A DNA stretch of 64,000 nt from a virus. Every line of letters begins with the position of its first letter. Position 1 is the stretch's first letter. The position numbers and the translations under genes are program-made. Of this stretch, positions 31,871-41,442 are shown in pieces. The notes under the pieces were generated by a model, which saw only the letters and a list, made by a program, of their open reading frames with translations, did not search any database and was not told the DNA's origin. The DNA lies in IMG/VR virus record IMGVR_UViG_3300022213_000004. The stretch is one strand, 5' to 3'.

Positions 31871-33462
31871 ATGGCTATTTGGAATAAGACTACACAAGAT
31901 TATTTAAATCAGGAAAGAACCCTACACGAGGTTTATATCCGTGCTGATGAGTATGGAAATATTCTAAATGAGAGTGCTTGCTCCAAATCTGCATTTGGAG
32001 AAAATCTAGCAATTCCACTCACACCCAAAATTCAGGGTGATGCGATTTATGGATTAGATCCAAGAAACTTTGATACTTTTAAGTTTAGCAATAGTGGTAT
32101 TGCAACACACGAAAATAATACTTTCAAGGTTGGTTGTGGAACAGATGCAAACTCTTATGGAGTTATAAGAAGCACAAACTTTCTTAGATATCGTCCAGGA
32201 CAGGGTGTAGTCGGTAGATTTACTGCATCATTCTCAAATAACCCAGTAGGATTTACTCAAAGAGCAGGTTTCTTCAATCAAGAAAACTCCCTCCAAATTG
32301 GTTATGCCCATACAAATGGACAGTTTGGTATTCTTCGTGCAACTGGTGGTAAGACACACATTCACCAATTTACATTTACTGCACTTGATGATGGTAATGT
32401 AACTGTGACTATAAATGGGACTGCATTTACTGCGGTAACTTTAAGTACTGGAACTATTGCTGGAAATATTGCACAACTCGTTCAGGGACTAAGAGCACAA
32501 GCACTCTTTAATGCTTTATATCTCGCAGAATACGACCAAACAAAGATTACTTTCCTTGCTACATCTCTTGGTGCCCAAAACGGAACCAACAATGTAACCA
32601 GCACCGCAACAGTTACATTTACTTCCAGTCATTTACAACTAGGTGTAGCACAAACCGAGAATTGGACATTCCAAGAAGACTTTAACTTAGATAAACTTGA
32701 TGGAACTGGATACTCTGGTGTTACACTAGACCATCAAAACTGAATATCTATCAAATCAACTTCCGTTGGTTGGGTGCTGGTGAGATGAGATATGCGATAG
32801 AAAATCCTCTGAATGGAGATATGATTTTCTTCCATCACGAGCATTATTCCAATAGATACACAACTCCACACTTAGATAATCCATCACTCAAACTTGGATA
32901 TGTCGCAGCAAATCTTGGTTCTCCTACAAGTGGAGTTGTAACTTGTAGAGGTGCATCATTTATGGGTGCAGTTGAAGGTAATGTAGTTCAAACCAGATTA
33001 CCTTACTCTGCAACAGGTTCAAGAACTGATGCAATGAACACTCCTGGTTCTTTGTATCATATTCTATCAGTTAAGAATAGATTGGTTTTCCAAGGAAAAG
33101 TAAATACAAGAGACTTGATTCCAAAAAGAATTACTGCTTCGGTGAATACCGTTGGAGACCCAGCAATCTTATATGTTTATGTAAATCCAAATACAACAAA
33201 CTTTTTTAGATGGATAAGTCCAACAAATGAATTTAATGCATCACTTTATGCAACACAAAGCACTGCTGGGTTGTTTTCAATGAGTGCTACACAAACCTAT
33301 CAACCAATAGCAGCATTTCATATTTCGGACGGAGCAACTCTGGATGCAAGTCTAAGTGATTTAGGTATTGATATTCCACCTAATAATTTTATCAGTATCT
33401 ATGTTTCTTCTACAAGTAATATGACTGCTGCTTCGGCATCATTGATTTGGGTAGAAGACTAA
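31871..33462 (+). pseudogene. Probable single ~530-aa virion structural gene broken by a 1-nt frameshift near 32731 (ORFs 31871-32743 and 32770-33462)
   Basis: Adding one C at ctagac[c]catca gives a continuous DGTGYSGVTLDPSKLNIYQINFRWLGAGEMRY; the second ORF's TTG start lies inside the WLG motif. Confidence 0.7.
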
Positions 33463-33497
33463 TAATAATAAATAACTAAAAGTGTACTATAAAAATA

Positions 33498-34049
33498 ATG
33501 GCTCATAGACCAGTTGGGGCAGGTTCCTCATTTAGTTTTTCTGCAGGTGCTGCAACAACATCATCTGCCTTTTCAGTTCAATCTAGTGTTTTGAGAGTGG
33601 TTGCTGTTGGGGGAGCTGCACACATTGCTGTTGGTGAAACACCTTCAGCAACAACTGCAGATTATTATGTTCCCTCGGGCGAGACTGTAACTTTAGGTTT
33701 AACTAAAGCATCAAATAGAGTTGTTGGTGTAACAACAGGAACAACAACCATTGTTACTGTTCCAGAAGGAACTCAAGTTCCATTTGCAGTTGGTGATTAT
33801 GTATCTTTAACTGCAACTGGTCAATCTTATTATAATTTCACTCACCAAAGAGTTTTATCGATTGATACTTCTACAGGTGTTGGTGGATATTTCTCAACAA
33901 GAATGACTGTAAATTATAATTCAAGTGGAATTGTAACAGCATTCTCTGCAGCAGATGCATCAGTAGTTCTTTCAAATAAGATCTCTGCTTACGGAGTTGG
34001 TTCAGGAACACTTTATTTCCAACAAGTACAAATCACAGGTCAAGCATGA
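33498..34049 (+). CDS. Conserved hypothetical (probable virion) protein upstream of gp21
   Basis: Small-residue beta-rich ORF preceded by AATAAATA; ATGA overlap with gp21. Confidence 0.75.
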   Translation: MAHRPVGAGSSFSFSAGAATTSSAFSVQSSVLRVVAVGGAAHIAVGETPSATTADYYVPSGETVTLGLTKASNRVVGVTTGTTTIVTVPEGTQVPFAVGDYVSLTATGQSYYNFTHQRVLSIDTSTGVGGYFSTRMTVNYNSSGIVTAFSAADASVVLSNKISAYGVGSGTLYFQQVQITGQA

Positions 34050-34699
34050 TGAAACTCATTACCGAAGAAATCGAATCAGTAGAAGTTCTTACCGAAACGG
34101 TCAATGGTAAGAAGACTCTTTATATTCAAGGACCTTTCCTGCAAAGTGAATGTGTGAATCGTAATGGCAGAATGTATCCGTTTTCAATTATGGAAAGGGA
34201 AGTGAAGCGTTATACTGAGCAATATGTAGATAAAGGACGTGCTCTTGGAGAACTTGGACATCCTGATGGTCCTACTGTAAATCTTGATCGTGTTTCTCAT
34301 AAGATTGTTTCTTTATCTTGTGAAGGAAACAATTGGATTGGAAAAGCACAAATTCTACCAACTCCAATGGGTAAGATTGCTGAATCACTTTTAAATTCTG
34401 GTGTTTGTCTTGGAGTTTCTTCTCGTGGTATTGGATCACTAAGAGAAAATAGTAGAGGTTATAAAGAAGTTGGTGAAGATTTTATGTTAGCAACTGCTGC
34501 TGATATCGTGGCTGACCCTTCCGCACCCGATGCATTTGTTCAAGGAATTATGGAAGGTAAAGAGTGGGTATGGGATGGAGGAATGCTTCGCGAAAGACTT
34601 GCAGAGCAAACTCAAAGAAAAATTAATACTCTAGTAGATCAAAAACTTCTAGAAGAGTATAAACTAAGTCTGTTCAATGAGTTTTTAAACTCATTGTAA
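34046..34699 (+). CDS. gp21: Prohead protease gp21
   Basis: NRNGRMYP, ALGELGHPDGP, GVSSRGIGS, DIVADPSAPDAFV. Confidence 0.97.
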   Translation: MMKLITEEIESVEVLTETVNGKKTLYIQGPFLQSECVNRNGRMYPFSIMEREVKRYTEQYVDKGRALGELGHPDGPTVNLDRVSHKIVSLSCEGNNWIGKAQILPTPMGKIAESLLNSGVCLGVSSRGIGSLRENSRGYKEVGEDFMLATAADIVADPSAPDAFVQGIMEGKEWVWDGGMLRERLAEQTQRKINTLVDQKLLEEYKLSLFNEFLNSL

Positions 34700-34709
34700 T
34701 TTATTTAAT

Positions 34710-34717
34710 TATAAATA
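34710..34717 (+). promoter_or_regulatory. Late promoter (TATAAATA) for gp22-gp23
   Basis: Exact consensus upstream of the CGGAGA SD and gp22 ATG. Confidence 0.8.
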
Positions 34718-34756
34718 AATATAGTTTATAACGTAAAGGTTAAACGGAGAGTTCAA

Positions 34757-35920
34757 ATGTCTCGTGGAGATTTACAAGAAATGGAAGTAGGCACTAAACC
34801 ATCCAGAACCGCTGTTAATGCTAACGCAAAAGCAGCGGAGGCAATGCCTCATTTATCTGGTTCAACCCCTGGACAAACTGGTGGTTGGGAAGATCTAGGT
34901 GGTCCCGATCCTTCTAACTATCGTCCAGATGATGATTCAGCAAAACTGAAGACACCTGGTGCAAGTCTTAAGCAAGTTAAGGATGTTGTCAATAAAGGTG
35001 CTAAGGCTGCTGAAGCAATGAAAGGTCTTCACAAAGAAGAGGAAGAACTCGAAGATGAAGATGTAATTGAAGAAGAGATTGAAGAAGATGAAGAAATTGT
35101 AGAAGCAAAAGAGGAAGAAGAAGATAGTGAAGATGAGGACGATGAAGATGACGAAGAAGATGACGAAGAAGATGATGATGAAGTAAAGAAAGAAGAGTAT
35201 GATATCGAAGAAGATGTTAATGCTCTTTTAGAAGGTGAAGATCTTTCCGAAGAATTCCAAGAGAAAGCACGTACCATCTTCGAAGCTGCTATTCGTTCAA
35301 AAGTTTTTGAAATCAAAGAAACTCTTGAGGAGCAGTATGCTACTGCACTTGCAGAAGAAGTAGAAGAAATTAAAGAGTCTCTTGCTGAGCGTGTAGATGC
35401 ATACCTTGAGTATGTTGCAGATGAGTGGATTCAAGAGAATGCACTTGTTATTGAGCAAGGTCTTAAGACTGAGATGACCGAATCATTCCTCCAAGGAATG
35501 AGAGGTCTTTTTGAAGATCATTATGTAACAATCCCTGAAGATAAATATGATGTGCTTGAGAGCATGGTAGAAAAACTTGATGAAATGGAGACAAAACTCA
35601 ACGAGCAGATTGAGAAAAACGTTTCCCTTAACAAGCGTCTCGCAGAGTCGGTTGCTGATGGAATCTTTGAACAGGTCGCTGTTGGTCTTGCAGACACACA
35701 GAGAGACAAGCTCGCTTCACTTGCCGAAAGTGTTGAGTTTGAAAGTGAAGAAGAATATCGTGAAAAACTGGAGACTTTGAAGGAATCATATTTCCCTTCA
35801 AGAGTTGTATCTCCATCGGCTAAAACTGAAACTCTGTCTGAAGGTTTAGACGTTACACCCGAATCTTATTCAGATTCAATGTCCGTATATCTAAAGACTC
35901 TTTCAGCATTCGGCAAATAA
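34757..35920 (+). CDS. gp22: Prohead core scaffold gp22
   Basis: LSEEFQEKARTIFEAA, VDAYLEYVADEW, KLETLKESYF; acidic; lies between gp21 and gp23. Confidence 0.93.
   Translation: MSRGDLQEMEVGTKPSRTAVNANAKAAEAMPHLSGSTPGQTGGWEDLGGPDPSNYRPDDDSAKLKTPGASLKQVKDVVNKGAKAAEAMKGLHKEEEELEDEDVIEEEIEEDEEIVEAKEEEEDSEDEDDEDDEEDDEEDDDEVKKEEYDIEEDVNALLEGEDLSEEFQEKARTIFEAAIRSKVFEIKETLEEQYATALAEEVEEIKESLAERVDAYLEYVADEWIQENALVIEQGLKTEMTESFLQGMRGLFEDHYVTIPEDKYDVLESMVEKLDEMETKLNEQIEKNVSLNKRLAESVADGIFEQVAVGLADTQRDKLASLAESVEFESEEEYREKLETLKESYFPSRVVSPSAKTETLSEGLDVTPESYSDSMSVYLKTLSAFGK
35032..35215 (+). repeat. Low-complexity GAA/GAT tract encoding the Asp/Glu-rich linker of gp22
   Basis: KEEEELEDEDVIEEEIEEDEEIVEAKEEEEDSEDEDDEDDEEDDEEDDDE. 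Confidence 0.8.
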
Positions 35921-35978
35921 TTGAATTTAATATAATTCAAACCACAAAAAACAAACACTTAGTAAAAGGTAAAAGCAA

Positions 35979-37397
35979 ATGTTCCAGTCAGAACAATTGC
36001 AGGAAAAGTGGGCACCACTCTTAGACTATCAGGGTCTTGATTCGATCAAAGATTCTCATCGTAGAGCTGTAACCGCTGTCCTGCTCGAAAACCAAGAAAG
36101 ATTTTTAAGAGAAGAATCAGCATTTAGTTCAGGTGGTATTTCCAACCTGATGGAAGCACCAACCAACGCAGTTGGTAACGGTGGATTCACTGGATCTGCT
36201 ACTGCAGCTGGTCCTACCGCAGGTTTCGACCCCGTACTGATCTCACTGATCCGTCGTTCGATGCCTAACCTGATCGCCTATGATATTGCAGGCGTTCAAC
36301 CAATGAGCGGTCCTACTGGACTCATCTTCGCAATGCGTTCACGCTACCAGAATCAGTCTGGTGCAGAAACATTCTACAATGAAGTAGATTCTGCATTCTC
36401 TGGTCAACCTGCTGGTCGTGATAATTCAGATGGATTTACCGATGGTAATGCCGGTATGGGCACTACCGCTCAAGGCGGAAGCAATCCATCAGTTCTGAAC
36501 CCAGTTTCAACTGCAACCTCAACCGCATACAATGTTGGTCAGGGTATGCGTACAGACCAGGCTGAAGCTCTGGATGGTACGGGTGCTGACGCATTCAACC
36601 AGATGGCATTCTCAATCGAGAAAGTCACTGTTACTGCAAAGTCACGCGCACTGAAAGCTGAGTACTCACTAGAACTCGCTCAAGACCTCAAGGCAATCCA
36701 TGGTCTGAACGCTGAAGCGGAACTAGCAAACATTCTCTCAACTGAGATTCTTGCTGAGATCAACCGCGAAGTTATCAGAACCATCTACAAGGTTGCTGAA
36801 CAGGGTGCGGTACAGAACGTTGCAACTCCTGGTATTTTCGACCTCGACGTTGATTCCAACGGTCGTTGGTCTGTTGAGAAATTCAAGGGTCTTCTGTTCC
36901 AGATTGAGCGTGATGCTAACGCTATCGCTCAGAGAACTCGTCGTGGAAAGGGCAACATCATCCTCTGCTCTGCAGACGTTGCTTCCGCTCTAACCATGGC
37001 TGGCGTTCTGGATTATACCCCTGCACTCAACGCTAACCTCACCGTAGATGACACCGGCAACACCTTTGCTGGTACTCTAATGGGCAAGTTCCGCGTCTAC
37101 ATCGACCCATATGCTGCTAACCTGACTTCAGGTAATGCAACTCCAGGTAATCAGTACTATGTTGCTGGTTATAAGGGTTCTTCACCTTATGACGCTGGAC
37201 TCTTCTATTGCCCCTATGTTCCTCTCCAAATGGTTCGTGCCGTTGGTGAGAACAGCTTCCAGCCCAAGATTGGATTTAAGACCCGTTATGGAATGGTTGC
37301 AAACCCATTCGCTGAAGGTACTAACCAGGGTCTTGGTGGACTTAACATCAACGCTAACCGCTACTATCGTCGTGTGGCGGTCAAAAATCTCATGTAA
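35979..37397 (+). CDS. gp23: Major capsid protein gp23
   Basis: GVQPMSGPTGLIFAMRSRY, SRALKAEYSLELAQDLKAIHGL, YCPYVPLQ, FQPKIGFKTRYG. Confidence 0.99.
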   Translation: MFQSEQLQEKWAPLLDYQGLDSIKDSHRRAVTAVLLENQERFLREESAFSSGGISNLMEAPTNAVGNGGFTGSATAAGPTAGFDPVLISLIRRSMPNLIAYDIAGVQPMSGPTGLIFAMRSRYQNQSGAETFYNEVDSAFSGQPAGRDNSDGFTDGNAGMGTTAQGGSNPSVLNPVSTATSTAYNVGQGMRTDQAEALDGTGADAFNQMAFSIEKVTVTAKSRALKAEYSLELAQDLKAIHGLNAEAELANILSTEILAEINREVIRTIYKVAEQGAVQNVATPGIFDLDVDSNGRWSVEKFKGLLFQIERDANAIAQRTRRGKGNIILCSADVASALTMAGVLDYTPALNANLTVDDTGNTFAGTLMGKFRVYIDPYAANLTSGNATPGNQYYVAGYKGSSPYDAGLFYCPYVPLQMVRAVGENSFQPKIGFKTRYGMVANPFAEGTNQGLGGLNINANRYYRRVAVKNLM

Positions 37398-37417
37398 ATC
37401 TCATATGAGATTATCTG

Positions 37418-37446
37418 GAGGACCTCAAAAAAGGTCCTCTTTTTTT
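37418..37446 (+). terminator. Rho-independent terminator after gp23
   Basis: GAGGACCT-caaaaa-AGGTCCTC followed by T7; TATAAATA at 37446-37453 immediately follows. Confidence 0.85.
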
Positions 37447-37476
37447 ATAAATAATACAGTTAAGAACCTCAGTGAT

Positions 37477-37953
37477 ATGTTTTATATTTACAAATCAACT
37501 AATAAAATTAATAGTAAATTTTATATCGGTAGATGCAAAGGCCCTATTGAAAACAGAGAATATAAACACTGGTGGTATGTTTCCAATAAAAATAGCAATG
37601 CGCCATTTCCAAATGCTTTACGAAAATATGGAAGAGATAACTTTACGTGGGAAATTATAGAAGAAACTAATGAAAGTAATAATGGAGAAAGAGAAATCTA
37701 TTGGATAAATAAACTCAAACCACATTACAATGCAACTTTAGGTGGAGATGGAGGAACTCTTGGACATTCGTGCCCAGAACATGTAAAAGAAGCGACAAGA
37801 CAATCAAGAATTGTATCAGTTAAAGATAGAAAGACTGGAAAAATTTATACTTCTATGAAAGAAGCAAGAAAAGATACTGGAATTTTGGAAAGTAGTATAA
37901 GCAGATCTTTAAAATATAACGGACCTGGTAGTAGATGGGAAAGAGTTATCTAA
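37477..37953 (+). CDS. GIY-YIG homing endonuclease (Seg-like) with NUMOD1-like C-terminus
   Basis: True start ATG 37477: MFYIYKSTNKINSKFYIG...ALRKYGRDNFTWEIIE...REIYWI...YNATLGGDG; preceded by its own late promoter. Confidence 0.85.
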   Translation: MFYIYKSTNKINSKFYIGRCKGPIENREYKHWWYVSNKNSNAPFPNALRKYGRDNFTWEIIEETNESNNGEREIYWINKLKPHYNATLGGDGGTLGHSCPEHVKEATRQSRIVSVKDRKTGKIYTSMKEARKDTGILESSISRSLKYNGPGSRWERVI

Positions 37954-37968
37954 ATATTTAAAAAAATC

Positions 37969-38520
37969 ATGGTAGCGGGACAACCAGAGAATAGAAATTT
38001 TCTATCTCCAACGGGATTTAAATTTACATTAAAAAGAACTCCAAAGGTTGCATTTTTTTGCAATTCAGCAAACATTCCAGAATTAAATCTTGGTATAGCA
38101 GTCCAACCATCATATCTCAAAGATATTGATATTCCAGGAGATAAAATTGTTTTTGGAGATTTAAATTTAAGATTTCTTGTAGATGAGAACCTTGAAAATT
38201 ATATGGAAATTCAAAACTGGATTAGAGGGTTAGGATATCCAGAAAGTTTGAATCAGATTTATGATTTTCAAGAGACCGGATATATTACTCCTAGAGTAGA
38301 AGCACAGAAGCAGTTGGGATTATATTCTGATGGAACTCTTCAAGTTCTAACAAGTTCCTCAATACCAAATTTTCAGATTGTTTTTAAAGACCTGTTTCCA
38401 TATTCATTGGGAACTTTAAGTTTTGATGCAACTCAAACCGATGTCCAGTACTTTACAGCAGATGTAAGTTTCAAGTATACTATTTACAATATAGTAGATC
38501 TTGGTGGCAATCCTTTATGA
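37969..38520 (+). CDS. gp3: Tail completion protein gp3
   Basis: NRNFLSPTGFKF, IPGDKIVFGDLNLRFLVDENLENYMEIQNW; CTAAATA at 37950. Confidence 0.9.
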   Translation: MVAGQPENRNFLSPTGFKFTLKRTPKVAFFCNSANIPELNLGIAVQPSYLKDIDIPGDKIVFGDLNLRFLVDENLENYMEIQNWIRGLGYPESLNQIYDFQETGYITPRVEAQKQLGLYSDGTLQVLTSSSIPNFQIVFKDLFPYSLGTLSFDATQTDVQYFTADVSFKYTIYNIVDLGGNPL

Positions 38521-38954
38521 GTTTTGATTTAGATACAATTCAAAAAATGTGGGAACAGGACTCTAAAATTGATATGGATAATCTTCATACAGAGTCTACA
38601 AACATTCCAGTTCTTCACGCAAAATATTTTGAGTTATATAATACCATATTTCTTTTAAGAAAAAAAGCAGAGCAACAAAAAAGAAATATACGTCACGAAA
38701 GATATGAATATTATTCCGGCAAGTCAGACCCAGAAGTATACGTAGAAAATCCTTTTCCCAAAAAGATTCGGGATAAAGACACAATGCAAAAGTATCTTGA
38801 CGCAGACGAAAAACTTTCAACAGTGTGTCTCAAAATAGATTATTATGATACTATGCTTACTTATATTGAAAGTATTCTTAAAATGATTCAGAACAGAACG
38901 TTTCAAATCAAGAATGCTATTGAGTTTATGAGATTTAACGCTGGACTAGGGTAA
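38517..38954 (+). CDS. uvsY: Recombination mediator UvsY
   Basis: IPVLHAKY, RYEYYSGK, RTFQIKNAIEF; synteny gp3-uvsY-uvsW. Confidence 0.92.
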   Translation: MSFDLDTIQKMWEQDSKIDMDNLHTESTNIPVLHAKYFELYNTIFLLRKKAEQQKRNIRHERYEYYSGKSDPEVYVENPFPKKIRDKDTMQKYLDADEKLSTVCLKIDYYDTMLTYIESILKMIQNRTFQIKNAIEFMRFNAGLG

Positions 38955-38981
38955 ATAAATACTCATAGCAATATTAATGCT

Positions 38982-40454
38982 ATGAGTGATGTCATTATAG
39001 AAAAAAAGAATGAGGTTTACATTAAACTTCATTGCGAATCCCATATTTTATACGAACTTCAACCATATTTCACATTTGAAGTCGAATCTGCAAAATTTAT
39101 GTCTCAGTATAGAAGCAGACACTGGGACGGCAAAATTCGACTGTTAAGTACTCATACTGGAGAAATTTACGCAGGTTTGTTAGATAAGATTATCGACAAA
39201 CTAACTCTCCACAACTATACATATGAGTTTAAAGAAAATAAATTTTATGGTATGCCTTTTGAAGTTAATGAGGGCGTATCATTTGAGGGTGTAAAGGATT
39301 ACATGCAATCTATTTGTGCTCATACTCCCAGGCAATACCAGATTGAGGGAGTATATGATGCACTAAGGCATAATAGAAAACTGTTGATAAGCCCCACTGC
39401 ATCAGGCAAATCACTGATGATTTATTCTCTCGTAAGATATTATGTGGATAAAGGCGAAAAAATTCTCTTAGTTGTTCCAACGACATCTCTTGTAGAGCAG
39501 ATGTACAAGGATTTCCAAGACTATGGTTGGGATGCTGAGTCATATTGCCACCGTATCTATTCTGGTAGAGAAAAAACGAATGAATATCCAGTAACGATTA
39601 CGACTTGGCAATCTGTTTATAAACTAGAGCGTTCATTCTTTGAAGAATATAACTGTATTATAGGTGACGAAGCGCATTTATTCAAGAGTAAATCTCTGAT
39701 TGAGATTATGACTAAGCTTCATCATGCTAAGTATAGATTTGGTTTCACTGGAACTCTTGATGGAACTCAGACTCACAAGTGGGTTTTGGAAGGATTGTTT
39801 GGTCCATCATATAAAGTGACTAGAACTTATGAGTTGATGGAGCAAGGACATATTTCCCAGTTAGATATTCGTTGTCTTGTTCTTAAGCACCCCCCTCAAA
39901 AGTTTGAAACTTATGAAGATGAGATTCAGTATTTAATATCTCACGATCAAAGAAACAAATTTATAACAAATCTTTCTTTAGATTTAAAAGGTAACACTCT
40001 TGTTCTTTTTTCAAGAGTTGAAGCACACGGAGCGATACTTTATGAAAGAATAAATAACACTAAGCGAGGTGATCGTAAAGTATTTTTTATTCATGGCGGT
40101 GTAGATACTGAAGAAAGAGAATTGGTTAGAGAAATAACAGAACGGGAAAACAACGCAATCATTGTTGCTTCCTATGGAACTTTTTCTACTGGTATTAATA
40201 TTAAAAATCTTCATAACGTTATCTTTGCTTCTCCTAGCAAATCGCGAATAAGAAATTTACAAAGTATAGGAAGAGTGCTTAGAAAAGGAAAAAACAAAAC
40301 AAAAGCAGTTCTTTACGATATCTCTGATGACTGTACATATAATTCGAGAAAAAATTACACTTTAAATCATTTGATAGAGAGAATCCGTATATACAATGAG
40401 GAACAATTTAACTATGAAATAATTACTGTACAATTAAAGAAAAATGGGAATTGA
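38982..40454 (+). CDS. uvsW: DNA helicase UvsW
   Basis: WDGKIRL, SPTASGKS, DEAH, GFTGT, QSIGRVLR. Confidence 0.96.
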   Translation: MSDVIIEKKNEVYIKLHCESHILYELQPYFTFEVESAKFMSQYRSRHWDGKIRLLSTHTGEIYAGLLDKIIDKLTLHNYTYEFKENKFYGMPFEVNEGVSFEGVKDYMQSICAHTPRQYQIEGVYDALRHNRKLLISPTASGKSLMIYSLVRYYVDKGEKILLVVPTTSLVEQMYKDFQDYGWDAESYCHRIYSGREKTNEYPVTITTWQSVYKLERSFFEEYNCIIGDEAHLFKSKSLIEIMTKLHHAKYRFGFTGTLDGTQTHKWVLEGLFGPSYKVTRTYELMEQGHISQLDIRCLVLKHPPQKFETYEDEIQYLISHDQRNKFITNLSLDLKGNTLVLFSRVEAHGAILYERINNTKRGDRKVFFIHGGVDTEERELVREITERENNAIIVASYGTFSTGINIKNLHNVIFASPSKSRIRNLQSIGRVLRKGKNKTKAVLYDISDDCTYNSRKNYTLNHLIERIRIYNEEQFNYEIITVQLKKNGN

Positions 40455-40839
40455 AGAAGATTTTTACTGCACACTCAAACTAAAAACAGGCGAAGAGATC
40501 TTTGCTAAAATAGCAGCATCTGAAGAGGAAGATAGAACTATTCTGATTGTTTCTAATCCAATCACAGTAAATGAAATTAAAAATAGATCTGGTATCGTTG
40601 GATATAAATTAGAACCTTGGTTAAAAACAACAACAGAAGATATGTTTATTATTAATCTTGAAGATGTCTTAACTCTTTCTGAATCTTCTGATATTGAAAT
40701 GATTATGATGTATCAGTCTTTTGTTCGTAACTCAAATAGAGAAAGTACAAATCAATCTAAGATTAATCGTAGAATGGGATACATTGCCAATGTTAAGGAT
40801 GCTAAAGAGATATTAGAGAAGCTTTATAAAAATAGCTAA
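40444..40839 (+). CDS. Conserved hypothetical protein (possible Sm-like fold)
   Basis: LKLKTGEEIFAKI...EPW; usual position between uvsW and gp55. Confidence 0.75.
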   Translation: MGIEEDFYCTLKLKTGEEIFAKIAASEEEDRTILIVSNPITVNEIKNRSGIVGYKLEPWLKTTTEDMFIINLEDVLTLSESSDIEMIMMYQSFVRNSNRESTNQSKINRRMGYIANVKDAKEILEKLYKNS

Positions 40840-40868
40840 GATATAACTTATCAACCCCGACAAAGGTT

Positions 40869-40897
40869 ATTGTACAGGGTTTGAAGCACCTTGTCAA
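40869..40897 (-). promoter_or_regulatory. Divergent antisense sigma70-type promoter
   Basis: Minus strand TTGACA (40897-92), 17 nt, TACAAT (40874-69). Confidence 0.6.
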
Positions 40898-40919
40898 GTA
40901 TTTGTTTGAGTGGTATAAT
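40891..40919 (+). promoter_or_regulatory. Sigma70-type promoter for gp55
   Basis: TTGTCA (40891-96), 17 nt, TATAAT (40914-19), with TGn extension. Confidence 0.8.
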
Positions 40920-40944
40920 TTATACATAATAATGATAAAAACTT

Positions 40945-41442
40945 ATGATAAGTACAGCAGTTATGACCAAGAGAAAGAGGTCAGAGCATTACGTTAATAA
41001 CAAAGAGTTTCTTGCTGCTCTCATTAAGTATCGTGAAGATAAAGAAATTGCATTAATTCAAGGAAAGACAAAACCTCCCATTCCTCGCTACATTGGAGAG
41101 TGCTTCTTGAAGATTGCAAATCATCTTTCTTTCAAACCAAACTTCGTGAACTACATGTTCAAGGAAGATATGATTTCTGACGGTATTGAAAACTGTGTTC
41201 AGTATATTCACAACTTCAATCCAGAGAAGTCACAAAATCCTTTTGCTTACTTTACCCAAATCATTCACTATGCGTTTCTTCGTAGAATCCAAAGAGAGAA
41301 ACGTCAACTAGAAATCAAGAATAAAATCCTTGAGCGTTCTGGATTTTCTGAAGTATTTGCGGACGACAACACGGTTGACGGTGGGAACTATTCCGATTAC
41401 AATAGCATTAAAGATGGCGTTCACTCTAAGCTTCGTTATTGA
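40945..41442 (+). CDS. gp55: Late transcription sigma factor gp55
   Basis: HYVNNKEF, YIGECFLKIANHLS, MISDGIENC, NPFAYFTQIIHYAFLRRI. Confidence 0.96.
   Translation: MISTAVMTKRKRSEHYVNNKEFLAALIKYREDKEIALIQGKTKPPIPRYIGECFLKIANHLSFKPNFVNYMFKEDMISDGIENCVQYIHNFNPEKSQNPFAYFTQIIHYAFLRRIQREKRQLEIKNKILERSGFSEVFADDNTVDGGNYSDYNSIKDGVHSKLRY

Noticed and set aside
35029-35316. Minus-strand poly-Ser ORF or tandem repeat array
   Set aside because: Antisense shadow of the acidic GAA/GAT tract in gp22; no repeat-spacer structure, so not CRISPR.
37135-37476. 272-aa ORF start overlapping gp23
   Set aside because: The extension runs out of frame through gp23 and its terminator; the GIY-YIG domain starts at ATG 37477 behind its own late promoter.
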